Origin: Bdellovibrionales bacterium
GTDB taxonomy: Bacteria > Bdellovibrionota > Bdellovibrionia > Bdellovibrionales > UBA1609
Direction of reading: 5' to 3'
Assembly: GCA_965261545.1 (NCBI GenBank)
Contig: CBDHDF010000011.1
Coordinates: 976,235 to 1,040,234 of the forward strand
DNA: 64,000 nt
The notes under the pieces were generated by a model. It ran no database searches. It was not told the origin of the DNA and was given only the letters and a program-made list of their open reading frames with translations. The position numbers were made by a program, and so were the translations under genes. Positions 1-9,379 of the stretch are shown piece by piece. The stretch's first letter is position 1; every line of letters begins with the position of its first letter.

Positions 1-2483
1 CCAGTGGACCAGTGCTTATGAATATGCTCGCTCATTCCATCAAAGCACAGCTTGGGAATCCGAATTCCACCACAGGGAAGTATGCCAAATGGAATCTGAG
101 CAAGAGGCACGGAGAGGGTTCTGGCATGATAGGATTGGGTGTCTTCATCGTTGGCCACTCCAAAGGGAGCAAGAGTTTTCACAGTGGACAACTGGAGGGC
201 TGCGCCTGGGAGCTTGTGGAAATGTGAGTGACCTGCACGGGGTGAGACTTCAATAAAAGTTTGAGGGACATTGTAGCTGAAGCGAGCACAAGGGCGTGGT
301 GGGAAACCACACATTGTCATTGAGTATTTGAAGTTTAGGCAAGAGTTAAATTCCACAGTATTGACGATCGAGCAGATATTGGGGAAAGCTTGGGCCTTGT
401 GAGTCAATGCCAGAGGAGTTATGAGAGTCACAAGGGTCAGGCATAAAGAAGGCCGGAGAGGCTTTTTTTGAAGCCACTTAAGGACTTTTGTGTGCTTGGT
501 GTTTTGCTTTTTGAGAAAATAGGGTTTTAAGAAAAGTTTATAGAAGTTAGTTTCTATGCCATCATACACTTGCACAAAGGCTTCAAAGGACTTGAGCCTT
601 GAAAAGTCCTTTCCTGTGATGAGGAATTCCTTTTGTTGGCTGGTACTGATGGATTCGTTAATATTGGCATCCTTTGAGTCAAAGCCACCGAGAATGAAGT
701 TCCGAGTGGTCCTTTGAGATTGCTCAGAAAGGCTGCGACTGGTTTTCTCCTGATCCTCTTGGCCCATCAATTCTTTAAAGTTACGAATGGTGTCAATGTC
801 GGAAGAATGGCAAGCAATCCTTGTACGAAAGTTTTGGATCAGTTCCTTGGCTGCTGTCTCACTGCCAATGGCATTGTAAATGGAACTTAGGCTCTGGGAG
901 GCTGCGAGAAAGAAGAAATTGGCCTCACGACCCTTGGCACATATTTTATCATCACCCATGGAGCCTCCATGGCCAACGGAGACGATATCTTGGTACTCAT
1001 CAGCGATCAGGGCTGTCAGAATGTTTCTGGGGCGGCTGGTGTCTTTTAGACGGTTTAATACAGACCTCTCATAGTGGAGCTTAATAAAAGTGCCCATGGA
1101 GCGGCAAAGGGCCTCATGGTTTACATTGAAAAGAAGAACTTTTCCATTATCAACAATCTCATCCATGGATGGGATCGTGAGGTCTTCTTTTTTGGGACAG
1201 AAGATTTGAGCCGCCTTGTAGTTTTGGAATTGATTGAGAAATGTGGTGGAACTCACCAAAACGCCAGACCTGAACTTGTCTTCAAAGAGTGAGTATTCCT
1301 TGAAATATTGGAGGGCGCACTGGATGTTGTATCTTTCCTCCTCATCAAAGCGGTTCTTGTCCAAAGATGCTTTTAGGTTTTGCGTGACTTCTGTTGAGTC
1401 TGCGATGAGCATGGTTTTGTAGCAATCAAGCAAGGTGAAGTAATCAAATACGGCGGCACAGTAGACGATGACATTTTTTGTAAGGTTGAAAGCGGAGTCC
1501 TCCCAAATGGGTGACTCGTTGGATTTGCCTGAAAAGTTCTTTGCCGCAGCCCTTATCATATTGGCAACTTCCAAATAGTTTGAATTTTTCAAGGTGTTGT
1601 CAATATAGACGGGGTTAAATGTTTGTATAGACTCCCCTGCGGAGCCGGGGGCCTTGATATCTCCAAGGTAAACGCACTGATCTACCAGGTCATGTTTTTG
1701 AAGTATTTTGGAAGCCTTTTCAATAAAACTGCCCTTGGGGTCGAGTATCAAGGCGGCTGGTTTGCGTGAAAATTGGGTAAAGAGTTGGTCGACATAGTTC
1801 AAGATAGTCCCTTGTGTCTTTCCAGTCCCTATGGAGCCTGTGACTAAAATATTTCCATTCAATGCTTTTTGAGGAATAGTGAGCCACTTCGGACGCTCCG
1901 TTTTGTCAAATGCATCTGTCTCCTCTCCAATAGAACCTAAAGTGAGTCCATCCCTAAAGCGTGATTTTCTGGGCAGTGTTTTATCGAGCTTAAGGAACCT
2001 TTGGGTTATTAATAAAATAGAAATTGATCCATACAAGACAATGCTTAAGGATAGTAAGAATGAGCTATTAAGAAATATACTAAGATATTGGAGAATTCTC
2101 TGAGAAAAAATATCCCCATAGAATGAGAGGCTATGTGCTGTATATAACTCAAATGGCTTCCAAAATAGGCCGGCCAACAGTAGGCAAAGCAGAGTTTTTG
2201 CAAGAACTTCTGTTCCATTCATTTTTTCCTTTTTGATGCTTCGCAAACGACTCCCTTGCTTTTTATAGCCCAAGACTCTTTCAAGGATGAGTGTCATCAT
2301 CAGGGCATTGACGGAGACAGAAGCCAAGCCTATGAGGAGAAAGTCTTGTGTCTCCTCAAAAGCCTTTTCAAGGTGAATCCAGTGCAACACAATGGACTCA
2401 TAGTGACTCAGGCCAAAAAGTGTTAGGAGAACAAGGGCGAGAAGGGCAATGGCTGCTAGGGGAGAAATGTCATTTTTTTTCAT
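1..2483 (-). CDS. Type IV secretion coupling protein (TraD/TraG/VirD4-type ATPase); ORF stays open to the window edge and its distal ~160 codons are TraU-like
   Basis: Hand translation of the minus strand: ATG at 2483-2481, and the frame is open down to base 1, so it is absent from the ORF track. N-terminal hydrophobic helices, Walker A GSIGTGKT, Walker B-like ALIADEYQD, and C-terminal YDGIETNFYKLFLKPYF as in coupling proteins. Below ~470 there is a signal-peptide-like LCLTLVTLITPLALTHKAQA and a Cys-rich CGFPPRPCARFSYNVPQTFIEVSPRAG...SYHARTLSVPL resembling F-type TraU. Confidence 0.7.
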   Translation of the reverse strand, partial: MKKNDISPLAAIALLALVLLTLFGLSHYESIVLHWIHLEKAFEETQDFLLIGLASVSVNALMMTLILERVLGYKKQGSRLRSIKKEKMNGTEVLAKTLLCLLLAGLFWKPFELYTAHSLSFYGDIFSQRILQYLSIFLNSSFLLSLSIVLYGSISILLITQRFLKLDKTLPRKSRFRDGLTLGSIGEETDAFDKTERPKWLTIPQKALNGNILVTGSIGTGKTQGTILNYVDQLFTQFSRKPAALILDPKGSFIEKASKILQKHDLVDQCVYLGDIKAPGSAGESIQTFNPVYIDNTLKNSNYLEVANMIRAAAKNFSGKSNESPIWEDSAFNLTKNVIVYCAAVFDYFTLLDCYKTMLIADSTEVTQNLKASLDKNRFDEEERYNIQCALQYFKEYSLFEDKFRSGVLVSSTTFLNQFQNYKAAQIFCPKKEDLTIPSMDEIVDNGKVLLFNVNHEALCRSMGTFIKLHYERSVLNRLKDTSRPRNILTALIADEYQDIVSVGHGGSMGDDKICAKGREANFFFLAASQSLSSIYNAIGSETAAKELIQNFRTRIACHSSDIDTIRNFKELMGQEDQEKTSRSLSEQSQRTTRNFILGGFDSKDANINESISTSQQKEFLITGKDFSRLKSFEAFVQVYDGIETNFYKLFLKPYFLKKQNTKHTKVLKWLQKKPLRPSLCLTLVTLITPLALTHKAQAFPNICSIVNTVEFNSCLNFKYSMTMCGFPPRPCARFSYNVPQTFIEVSPRAGHSHFHKLPGAALQLSTVKTLAPFGVANDEDTQSYHARTLSVPLAQIPFGILPCGGIRIPKLCFDGMSEHIHKHWST

Positions 2484-2698
2484 TTGTGACCTCTTGTGTG
2501 AGACTTGTGAGATTGCATGTTCTTTGTAAAGCATCGCTCTTTCAGGTTAAATTCAATATTGGCACAGCTCCCATCATGGACCTGAATCACAAAGCTCCCG
2601 TACTTCATAGGGAAGTGTGCTTTCTTGGACACATGTGCAATGAGCCTCTCAACAGCTTCTTTGATGATTATTTCGTCTTTCACATTTTCTAAATTCAT
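2480..2698 (-). CDS. Small YezD/DUF2292-like protein, translationally coupled to the coupling protein
   Basis: 72 aa ORF. The motif KYGSFVIQVHDGSCANIEFNLKER matches the YGS-V-I-VHDG-...-K-R pattern of YezD-type small proteins. Its TGA (2482-2480) overlaps the downstream ATG (2483-2481) as ATGA. Confidence 0.45.
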   Translation of the reverse strand: MNLENVKDEIIIKEAVERLIAHVSKKAHFPMKYGSFVIQVHDGSCANIEFNLKERCFTKNMQSHKSHTRGHK

Positions 2699-2809
2699 TT
2701 GACTGATTCCTTCTTTATTCCTTGTGGAATGATTAAAAATGGTATTCGTTTTTTTAATCGCTTCAGTTCACTCGAACTTCTTAGTATTTCTGAGCCTTTT
2801 AGACTTGAC

Positions 2810-4499
2810 TTCGTGGTCGTTTTTATACACAACACTCCTTAATTAAATTCTTATCTACAGATTTTAAAATTAGTTTTTGGCGTTTACTAAGAATGACTGT
2901 TCTAATAAATTGATGTTTTTTCCTTTTATCATATAAATAAACCCTATACATACTTTCTAAATCTTTAAGAGCCTTTAAAGGAGAAATATCCATATCTTTC
3001 AAATGCATCCTCAGGATAGAAAGTATTAAATAAGATAAATAACAGATAAAAACATGTGCAACAACTCTATTTGAAAGCCAATGACGTACTGGACGCAAAT
3101 TAGATACTCCCTTCAAAGTACGAAAAGATTTTTCTACTATATCTTTATCAAAGTATAGTTTTATCATTTCTTTGTTTTGAATATTTTTTGTGCAGAAAAG
3201 GCAAAAATATCCATCAATCTCTTCGTCACTCTCCAATATATTTTTCCTTATCCTTCCTGAGGGGGTAAAATACTTTTCTAAACATGCCTTAATAGGTTTC
3301 CCTTTAGATAATGATTTTTGAGCATGCTGTATCTCACGATGACGAGACTCTTGTATTTCAACTCTTTTCCGATCATTATAACAAATAGCCAACTTTCCTT
3401 TAACTCTGTTAAATGAATAGTCTACTTTTTTTATATAGAATACTCTTTTCTCTAATGGGATCATATTTGAAACATTTTTTATCCCACCATCATTTATAAC
3501 CTCTCGGACTGTGCTTTTTTCTTTACTGTTCATTGGAACTCCACATAGCGTATTCCACCCCAATTTCTTGACCTCTCTTAGGTTTTCTCCAGAAGGAATT
3601 CCTCTATCATACACAAGAAGACCTGAGCGGAGATTATAGTGAGAGAATTCTTGTACAAGGCCAGATAGGGTTTTGCTGTCGGCAATATTTCCATCAAATG
3701 TCTTGTGGAAAACAGGAACCCCTTCTTTCTGAGTTACACATAGACCTACTTGAATAAGCGGTTTATCTTTTTTTCCTTCTTTGCTATGACCTAGCTTTCC
3801 TATTGTGCATTTTTTCCCATATAAATATGTATTAGTAACATCATACACCATTCCTCGCAAAGACAGCTTATATTTTCTTTTGGCAACATTAAATACATTC
3901 CTCTGAATAGACTCTATCTTACTTTCAGTTAAAGTATCTAGAGATGTTAGCAACCGATATTCTGTTAAACCATCTAAATCCAATATATTATTTAAATCTG
4001 TTCTCTCAAACCATTCAGGCATATTATTTAGGCTCTGATAGTTTAGACAGTGGGCATATACCATACTTAATATTTCATTAGAGTAAGACCCCAACATATT
4101 TTGTAGTTCTAATTTTTTAGAAATACTATCTAAAACCAATAATGGTCCATATACTTTCACCTCATTGACTTGAAGGTCATCAGATGATATCGATATTACC
4201 TTTTTGTCATCTACCTCTTTCCCAATGTAACGAATATGTTTCTGTACTACTTTTCCATTAATTCTCTTACCTTCTACTTCTGCTAAATATGTTTTTCCAT
4301 TTTTTTTTATTTTTCTGATGTAACTCATATTTCCCCTCTCACTAGTGTTGTGTATAATTTATACACAACAAAATAAAGGGAGGCAATAGTAATTTATGAG
4401 AATTTTCTAAAAAAATAATGATTTTTCAGAAGGAGAAGGGCATGTTATGAAAAAACATAAAGATAGTCTATAAATGTTGTGTATAAAAATGGCCACGAA
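2810..4499 (-). mobile_element. IS1634-family insertion sequence (about 1.69 kb)
   Basis: Imperfect terminal inverted repeats: ttcgtggtcgtttttatacacaaca (2810-) and tgttgtgtataaaaatggccacgaa (-4499). They enclose a single transposase ORF. Confidence 0.75.
2823..4328 (-). CDS. IS1634-family (IS4 superfamily) DDE transposase
   Basis: 501 aa. The N-terminus MSYIRKIKKNGKTYLAEVEGKRINGKVVQKHIRYIGK is the characteristic IS1634-type start. DDE-like YDVTN / YDRG segments are present. Confidence 0.8.
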   Translation of the reverse strand: MSYIRKIKKNGKTYLAEVEGKRINGKVVQKHIRYIGKEVDDKKVISISSDDLQVNEVKVYGPLLVLDSISKKLELQNMLGSYSNEILSMVYAHCLNYQSLNNMPEWFERTDLNNILDLDGLTEYRLLTSLDTLTESKIESIQRNVFNVAKRKYKLSLRGMVYDVTNTYLYGKKCTIGKLGHSKEGKKDKPLIQVGLCVTQKEGVPVFHKTFDGNIADSKTLSGLVQEFSHYNLRSGLLVYDRGIPSGENLREVKKLGWNTLCGVPMNSKEKSTVREVINDGGIKNVSNMIPLEKRVFYIKKVDYSFNRVKGKLAICYNDRKRVEIQESRHREIQHAQKSLSKGKPIKACLEKYFTPSGRIRKNILESDEEIDGYFCLFCTKNIQNKEMIKLYFDKDIVEKSFRTLKGVSNLRPVRHWLSNRVVAHVFICYLSYLILSILRMHLKDMDISPLKALKDLESMYRVYLYDKRKKHQFIRTVILSKRQKLILKSVDKNLIKECCV

Positions 4500-4589
4500 T
4501 TCAAGTTTAGAGGCTTCTTAGAAATCCTTAAAATTTCAAATTTTTTGAGTCCTTAGGCTTCTATGAATCCCAAGAAATTCTTATAATTC

Positions 4590-5093
4590 CTAGAAACAAA
4601 CTGCATGTTTCTCTCTTTCCCTCCTTGGCCTATCTTTCCTTGGCTTTGTGGAGGTCATGCGCTTTATCAGTATCATCCCTAAACTTTTTAGGGCTCGGTC
4701 CCTTATGCGAGACACAGCGTAGGCTGAAATTTCCAGTCTCTCACCTGTTTCCCGTAGATTCAGACCACCCAAGAAGAGAAAATTTAAAACCGCTCTTTGT
4801 TTAAAAGTGAGTTCTTTGGTGGCATCGAGCAAATATCTCTGGAGAACGAGTGACTCCTTTCCATCAAGTATGAAGCAGGTATCACCTGCCTCTTGGGGGT
4901 ATTCCTCAATAAGAACTGGATCATCTAAGAGAACTTCCTCCTGGTTGACCTCAATGGTTTTTAGGTAATCCTCCCAAGTTGAGAGGCTCCAACTCTCACA
5001 GGACCTTTTGATTTCCTCTTCTGGTTTCGGTGTTCCGTCGGGGCTCAACCATGGTGTTTTATTTTCCATTTTTCGTCTCATTTTCTTTCTCAT
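4590..5093 (-). CDS. Small sigma-70 region-4 (HTH) domain protein
   Basis: The C-terminus LTFKQRAVLNFLFLGGLNLRETGERLEISAYAVSRIRDRALKSLG is a sigma-70 r4 / ECF-type helix-turn-helix. No region 2 is evident. Confidence 0.55.
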   Translation of the reverse strand: MRKKMRRKMENKTPWLSPDGTPKPEEEIKRSCESWSLSTWEDYLKTIEVNQEEVLLDDPVLIEEYPQEAGDTCFILDGKESLVLQRYLLDATKELTFKQRAVLNFLFLGGLNLRETGERLEISAYAVSRIRDRALKSLGMILIKRMTSTKPRKDRPRREREKHAVCF

Positions 5094-5343
5094 TTTTCTT
5101 ACCTCCTTACTAATAGTGTTTTTTTCAACCGTTTCAACCGGGTGAATTGGGTCGAATTTTCATCAAAATTTCTGAAAATTTTTACTCATATTTTTGGATA
5201 AATTCTCTTAACATCCTGTTTTTACTAAATATTTCTTCCAAAAAAATCTTAGAAAATTCTCAAATTTTATTTCTTATTTTTATTAAAAAAATATTTTTTA
5301 TATTTTTTTATGAAATTATTTCTCCAATATTTCTAATTTTCTT

Positions 5344-5745
5344 CTATGAGTATTTAATTTTAAATTCCTTGAAACAAAGAATTTTTCCATGGCTAAGAGC
5401 ACCTCCTTTCTGTAGTTCCAAACTTCCTTTTGAAGGAGTGACAAATTTTGTCCATTTTTTGTTTAACAGTGATTTCTTTGATGGCATCGAGAAATATCTC
5501 TGATCGGGCAACTCCCTGGCATCCAGTATGGATTTATGGAAGGCATCACTTGCCTCTTGGGAGTATTCCTCAATAAGAACGGGGTCATCTAAGAGAACTT
5601 CCTCTTGGTTAATTTCAGTGGATTTTAGATAGTCTTCCCAATCTGAGGGACTCCAACTTTTACAGGACCTTGTGATTTCCTCTTCTGATTTCGGTGTCCC
5701 GTCTGGGTTCAACCATGGCGTTTTATTTTGCATTTTTCTTCTCAT
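5344..5745 (-). pseudogene. Decayed paralogue of 4590-5093 lacking the HTH
   Basis: It shares MRRKM-NKTPWL-PDGTPK-EEEI-RSC-SWS...EEVLLDDPVLIEEY with unit 1. The 3' ~220 bp are replaced by sequence carrying ggagtgacaaattttgtccat. Confidence 0.5.
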
Positions 5746-6758
5746 TTTTCTTACCTCCTTACTAATAGTGTTTTTTTCAACCGTTTCAACCGGGTGAATT
5801 GGGCCAAATTTTCATCAAAATTTCTGAAGATTTTTATTCATATTTTTGGATAAATGTTATTAACGTCCTGTTTTTACTAAATATTTCTTCCAAAAAAATC
5901 TTAAAAAATTCTCAGGTTTTATTTCTTCTTTTTATTAAAAAAATATTTTTATATTTTTTTTATGAGATTATTTCTCTAATATTTATAATTTTCTCCTATG
6001 CGTATTTAAATTTTAAATTCCTTGAAACAAGGGATATTTCTATGATTAAAAGCACCTCCTTTCTGTATGTTCCAAACTTCCTTTTGAAGGAGTGACAAAT
6101 TTTGTCCATCCTGTTTATCTTTAAATCTAAGAAGTCAGAACTCATTAATCTTTCTTCTTTCAAGAAGTGACAAATTTTGTCCATCCTATTTATCTTTAAA
6201 TCTAAGAAGTCAGAACTCATTAATCTTTCTTCTCTCTATGACTATTGCTAAAAACATGCCAATGGGTTCAATTCTTTAAACATATGTTATTACAAATGAA
6301 ATTGGAATTTATAAAATTATTATCACTTCAAAAAACATTCTATATTCTGAATTTTAAACGTAAATAAATTTCAAAACAGAATTTTATAAAAACAATTTTT
6401 GTATTTTTATAAATTTATTCATGTTTTTTCTTAGAAATGAGGAATAAATATTTGAATTATACTTTAAAATAAGATATATTTATTTTAACCACTCACCACT
6501 GCCTCTCTGTAAGAAGAAAGATGTAGAGCTACAAACTCACATATTTGACTTCTGAATCCAAGGGGAGGCGAGCAGCTACAAAAAGAAGATAAATGTTTGA
6601 AACTTCCTAGTTTCATATGGAAGTTATTGGGTTGGTAACTTATTTTTCATCGTAAAGATGGAAAAAAATGAATTGTTATTGAAAAAGAAAATTTGATTGT
6701 TCAAAGAATAGGTAAATAAAAATAGTAAGAAACGATAGGCAAGAAGGTAGATTGAAAA

Positions 6759-8309
6759 ATGGAAAATATTAGTATCTTAATAGTTGATGATAATGAATCC
6801 GCCCGATTGAGCCATCAACTCTCCGTGAATACTCTACTATTTAAAAGCCATGAATCTTCAAAGTTAAAAGTATGCTTGGCTGCCGATGCTGAAGAAATGC
6901 TTCTTTATCTAAAGTCTGAAAAATTTCATGTTGTTCTTCTCGATCATAATCTTGGTGAAGATAATGATGGCGAAATGGTAGATGGAGTCAGCCTCATACC
7001 CTCAATCCTTAAAATACAGCCCAACACAAGAATCCTCGTCATTACATCGTTCCAAAAGCAGAGTCAAATGACCCAGCTTGCAGTGCAAGCCATGGAAAAT
7101 GGAGCGAGAGGATTTATCACCAAGGGAACCAGTGATGAAGAGATCAAGTATAAGAATCAACAAATTCTAAACGCTCTTCAAGAAGCTCAATTTGAAATTG
7201 AATCTTTACAAAGTCAATTTATTCCTTCAGAGATGGGTGATGACTATATATGTAAGTCAAAAGCTATGAGACGAATTGACACACAGATTAGATCCTTATC
7301 AGAGGTTAATGCCCCTGTTTTATTTTTAGGATCCTCTGGTCTCGGTAAGACTCATGCCGCAAAAAGGCTCAATGAACTATCTCGTATTTTTTATAACCAG
7401 ACAAAAAGGCCATTTGCTAATATCAATGTTAATGCTTTGTCAGAAAAATTGATTGAGTCTGAGCTTTTTGGTCACGAAAAGGGAGCCTTCACAGGGGCTA
7501 TCAAACAAAAACAGGGCTTATTTGAATTGGCGTCAGGTGGAGATATTCTTTTGGATGAAATTGGTGATGCCTCTTTAGATCTACAGGCGAAACTCTTAAA
7601 GGTTGTTGAAGAAAAGACTTTTCGTCGAGTTGGTGGGGAACAAGATATAAAAAGCAGTGCAAGGATTATATTTGCAACCAACAAGAATTTAGAAGAAATG
7701 GTTGAAAAAGGTAAGTTTAAGTATGATCTGTACGGGCGTATTTGTGCATTTAAAATTAAAATGCCAGAACTTAAGAATAGGAAACAGGATATACCATATA
7801 TTTGTGAAAATATTGCTCAAAAATTAAAGAAAGAACATCATTTATCTATCTCATACAACGACTTTCCTTCTTTATTAAAAGAATATTTTCAGAGGGGTGA
7901 CATTCCATTCAATATCAGAGGGATCAGAAATGACCTCGAAAGACTGATGTTCCTTTGCCCGAAGAAAAAAAATGGGTCCATTGACTATACTAAGTGGGGC
8001 AGTGTTTTAGGCTATGAAACGACTATGGAGATTGAAAGTAGAAATTCCAATGATATTCATAAATTAATGGATATTATAATTTCTCAAATTGGTGAAATTG
8101 GATGGCCTGGTATTTCTGCTTTGAAGGACAGGTTAGAGCAAAAAGCCTTCATTGCGGCCTACAAGAAGTATCCGAAGAATACACAACGAGCTAAGGCACT
8201 TGGTTTGTCAGCATCTGTAGCTTCAACAAAGATCAAAAGATATTTAAAGAAAGAAGATTATTTAAAGGAAGAAAATAGAAAAGAAGAAAAACAAAAAATG
8301 AGTGTATAA
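6759..8309 (+). CDS. Sigma-54-dependent response regulator (NtrC family)
   Basis: Receiver domain (ILIVDDNE...LLDHNL), AAA+ Walker A GSSGLGKT, GAFTGA loop (GHEKGAFTGA), Walker B ILLDEIGD, and a C-terminal HTH (RAKALGLSASVASTKIKRY). Confidence 0.9.
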   Translation: MENISILIVDDNESARLSHQLSVNTLLFKSHESSKLKVCLAADAEEMLLYLKSEKFHVVLLDHNLGEDNDGEMVDGVSLIPSILKIQPNTRILVITSFQKQSQMTQLAVQAMENGARGFITKGTSDEEIKYKNQQILNALQEAQFEIESLQSQFIPSEMGDDYICKSKAMRRIDTQIRSLSEVNAPVLFLGSSGLGKTHAAKRLNELSRIFYNQTKRPFANINVNALSEKLIESELFGHEKGAFTGAIKQKQGLFELASGGDILLDEIGDASLDLQAKLLKVVEEKTFRRVGGEQDIKSSARIIFATNKNLEEMVEKGKFKYDLYGRICAFKIKMPELKNRKQDIPYICENIAQKLKKEHHLSISYNDFPSLLKEYFQRGDIPFNIRGIRNDLERLMFLCPKKKNGSIDYTKWGSVLGYETTMEIESRNSNDIHKLMDIIISQIGEIGWPGISALKDRLEQKAFIAAYKKYPKNTQRAKALGLSASVASTKIKRYLKKEDYLKEENRKEEKQKMSV

Positions 8310-8329
8310 ACTCAAAGGAGAAACATATT

Positions 8330-9241
8330 ATGAAAAAAGAATTGTTATTATTTAAAATATTAAAAAATATATTTACAAAAGCTCTTATAAGAAACGGTAG
8401 TTCTAAAAGAAATTTTATCGTTTCATTGAGCGTTCTTATCATCCATGCATGGGCTATTAACGCCAATACCACAGAAGATACTACAAAAAGTGGGTCACAG
8501 GACACTCTGCAAATAAAAGGAGAGGATGGAAGTACCTATTCACCAGATGATTACTACATTGGTGTTTTTGTGGGCCAAGCCAAAGGGAAGAATACACATA
8601 TTGATACAGAAGGGTTTGCCAATTGGGGAAATCCAGGAGCTTCTACCGACTATTCCGACACAGGGTCTGTTGGTGGTTTACTCATTGGAAAGCAGTTGAG
8701 AATTAACGGTGTCCCTGTTCGGATTGAACTGGATGGTACCATTGGTGACATCTCGGCAAGCACAAACAAGCTCGATCCAAAGGGCTTAGACGAAACAGCC
8801 ACCTCAGATATTCCGTGGCTGGTCACCTTAAAGGCCGGTATTGAGCATCAACTGGGGCCTGCCACTTTGTTTGCCAACGGAGGCTTAGCGGTGGCTCGAA
8901 TTAAAAATTCTGTGATTGATATTGATTTTGGTCCAAATACACCTGCACACAGGGATCTTGATGATTCTTTCACTGACAGCTCCACTCAACTAGGTTGGGT
9001 TGTGGGAGTCGGAGGAGAAGTGCCTTTAAATCAAGAAGCTAAAGGATCTTCCCACAAAGATGGAGCCTGGCTTTTACGGATGGAAGGCTCTTATATCAAT
9101 TTAGGAGAGCAAGATTATAGCGTCAATCATTCAGGAAATAATAGTTGTGGAGCAGGTGGTCCTCGCAGACCTTGTTCTTACAGTATTAAAAACGAAGTAG
9201 GAATGATTCGCTTAGCTATTATTCGTCGATTCTCTTTGTAG
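8330..9241 (+). CDS. Outer-membrane beta-barrel protein (Opa/OmpW-like)
   Basis: Signal peptide ...SLSVLIIHAWA/INA. Alternating Gly/aromatic beta-strand pattern (GWVVGVGGEV, AWLLRMEGSYINLG). RBS aaaggag lies upstream. Confidence 0.5.
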   Translation: MKKELLLFKILKNIFTKALIRNGSSKRNFIVSLSVLIIHAWAINANTTEDTTKSGSQDTLQIKGEDGSTYSPDDYYIGVFVGQAKGKNTHIDTEGFANWGNPGASTDYSDTGSVGGLLIGKQLRINGVPVRIELDGTIGDISASTNKLDPKGLDETATSDIPWLVTLKAGIEHQLGPATLFANGGLAVARIKNSVIDIDFGPNTPAHRDLDDSFTDSSTQLGWVVGVGGEVPLNQEAKGSSHKDGAWLLRMEGSYINLGEQDYSVNHSGNNSCGAGGPRRPCSYSIKNEVGMIRLAIIRRFSL

Positions 9242-9264
9242 TGATTTTTGTAACTATCCCCCTT

Positions 9265-9290
9265 GGCTTCAAAAAGAAGCCTTTGGGTTT
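9265..9290 (+). terminator. Weak intrinsic terminator-like hairpin after the OMP gene
   Basis: ggcttc-aaaaa-gaagcc followed by tttgggttt. The stem is short, so confidence is low. Confidence 0.3.
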
Positions 9291-9379
9291 GCTCCTTGTA
9301 TTTCTATTTTTACAGAAAGGTAGGGTCGAATAGTTACTGATTTTTAAGATTATATATAAAATTAATGGAGAAATGAGTC

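Larger units (their letters stand above)
4500..6240. repeat. Tandem ~652 bp cassette, about 2.7 units (small sigma-like gene plus AT-rich upstream region); units 2 and 3 are decayed
   Basis: acctccttactaatagtgtttttttcaaccgtttcaaccgggtgaattggg recurs at 5101 and 5753. The N-termini of the ORFs at 4590-5093 and 5344-5745 are about 80% identical. The third unit ends in a 75 bp x2 sub-repeat (6091-6240). Confidence 0.75.

Noticed and set aside
12-2103. Seven short plus-strand ORFs (61-87 aa) in the track across 12-2103
   Set aside because: They lie antisense to or overlap the long minus-strand coupling-protein frame, which has clear ATPase motifs. They are shadow ORFs.
6136-6146. gtcagaactca in the 75 bp tandem repeat as another MITE end
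   Set aside because: The match is only 11 nt, with no inverted partner. It is compatible with chance in AT-rich DNA.
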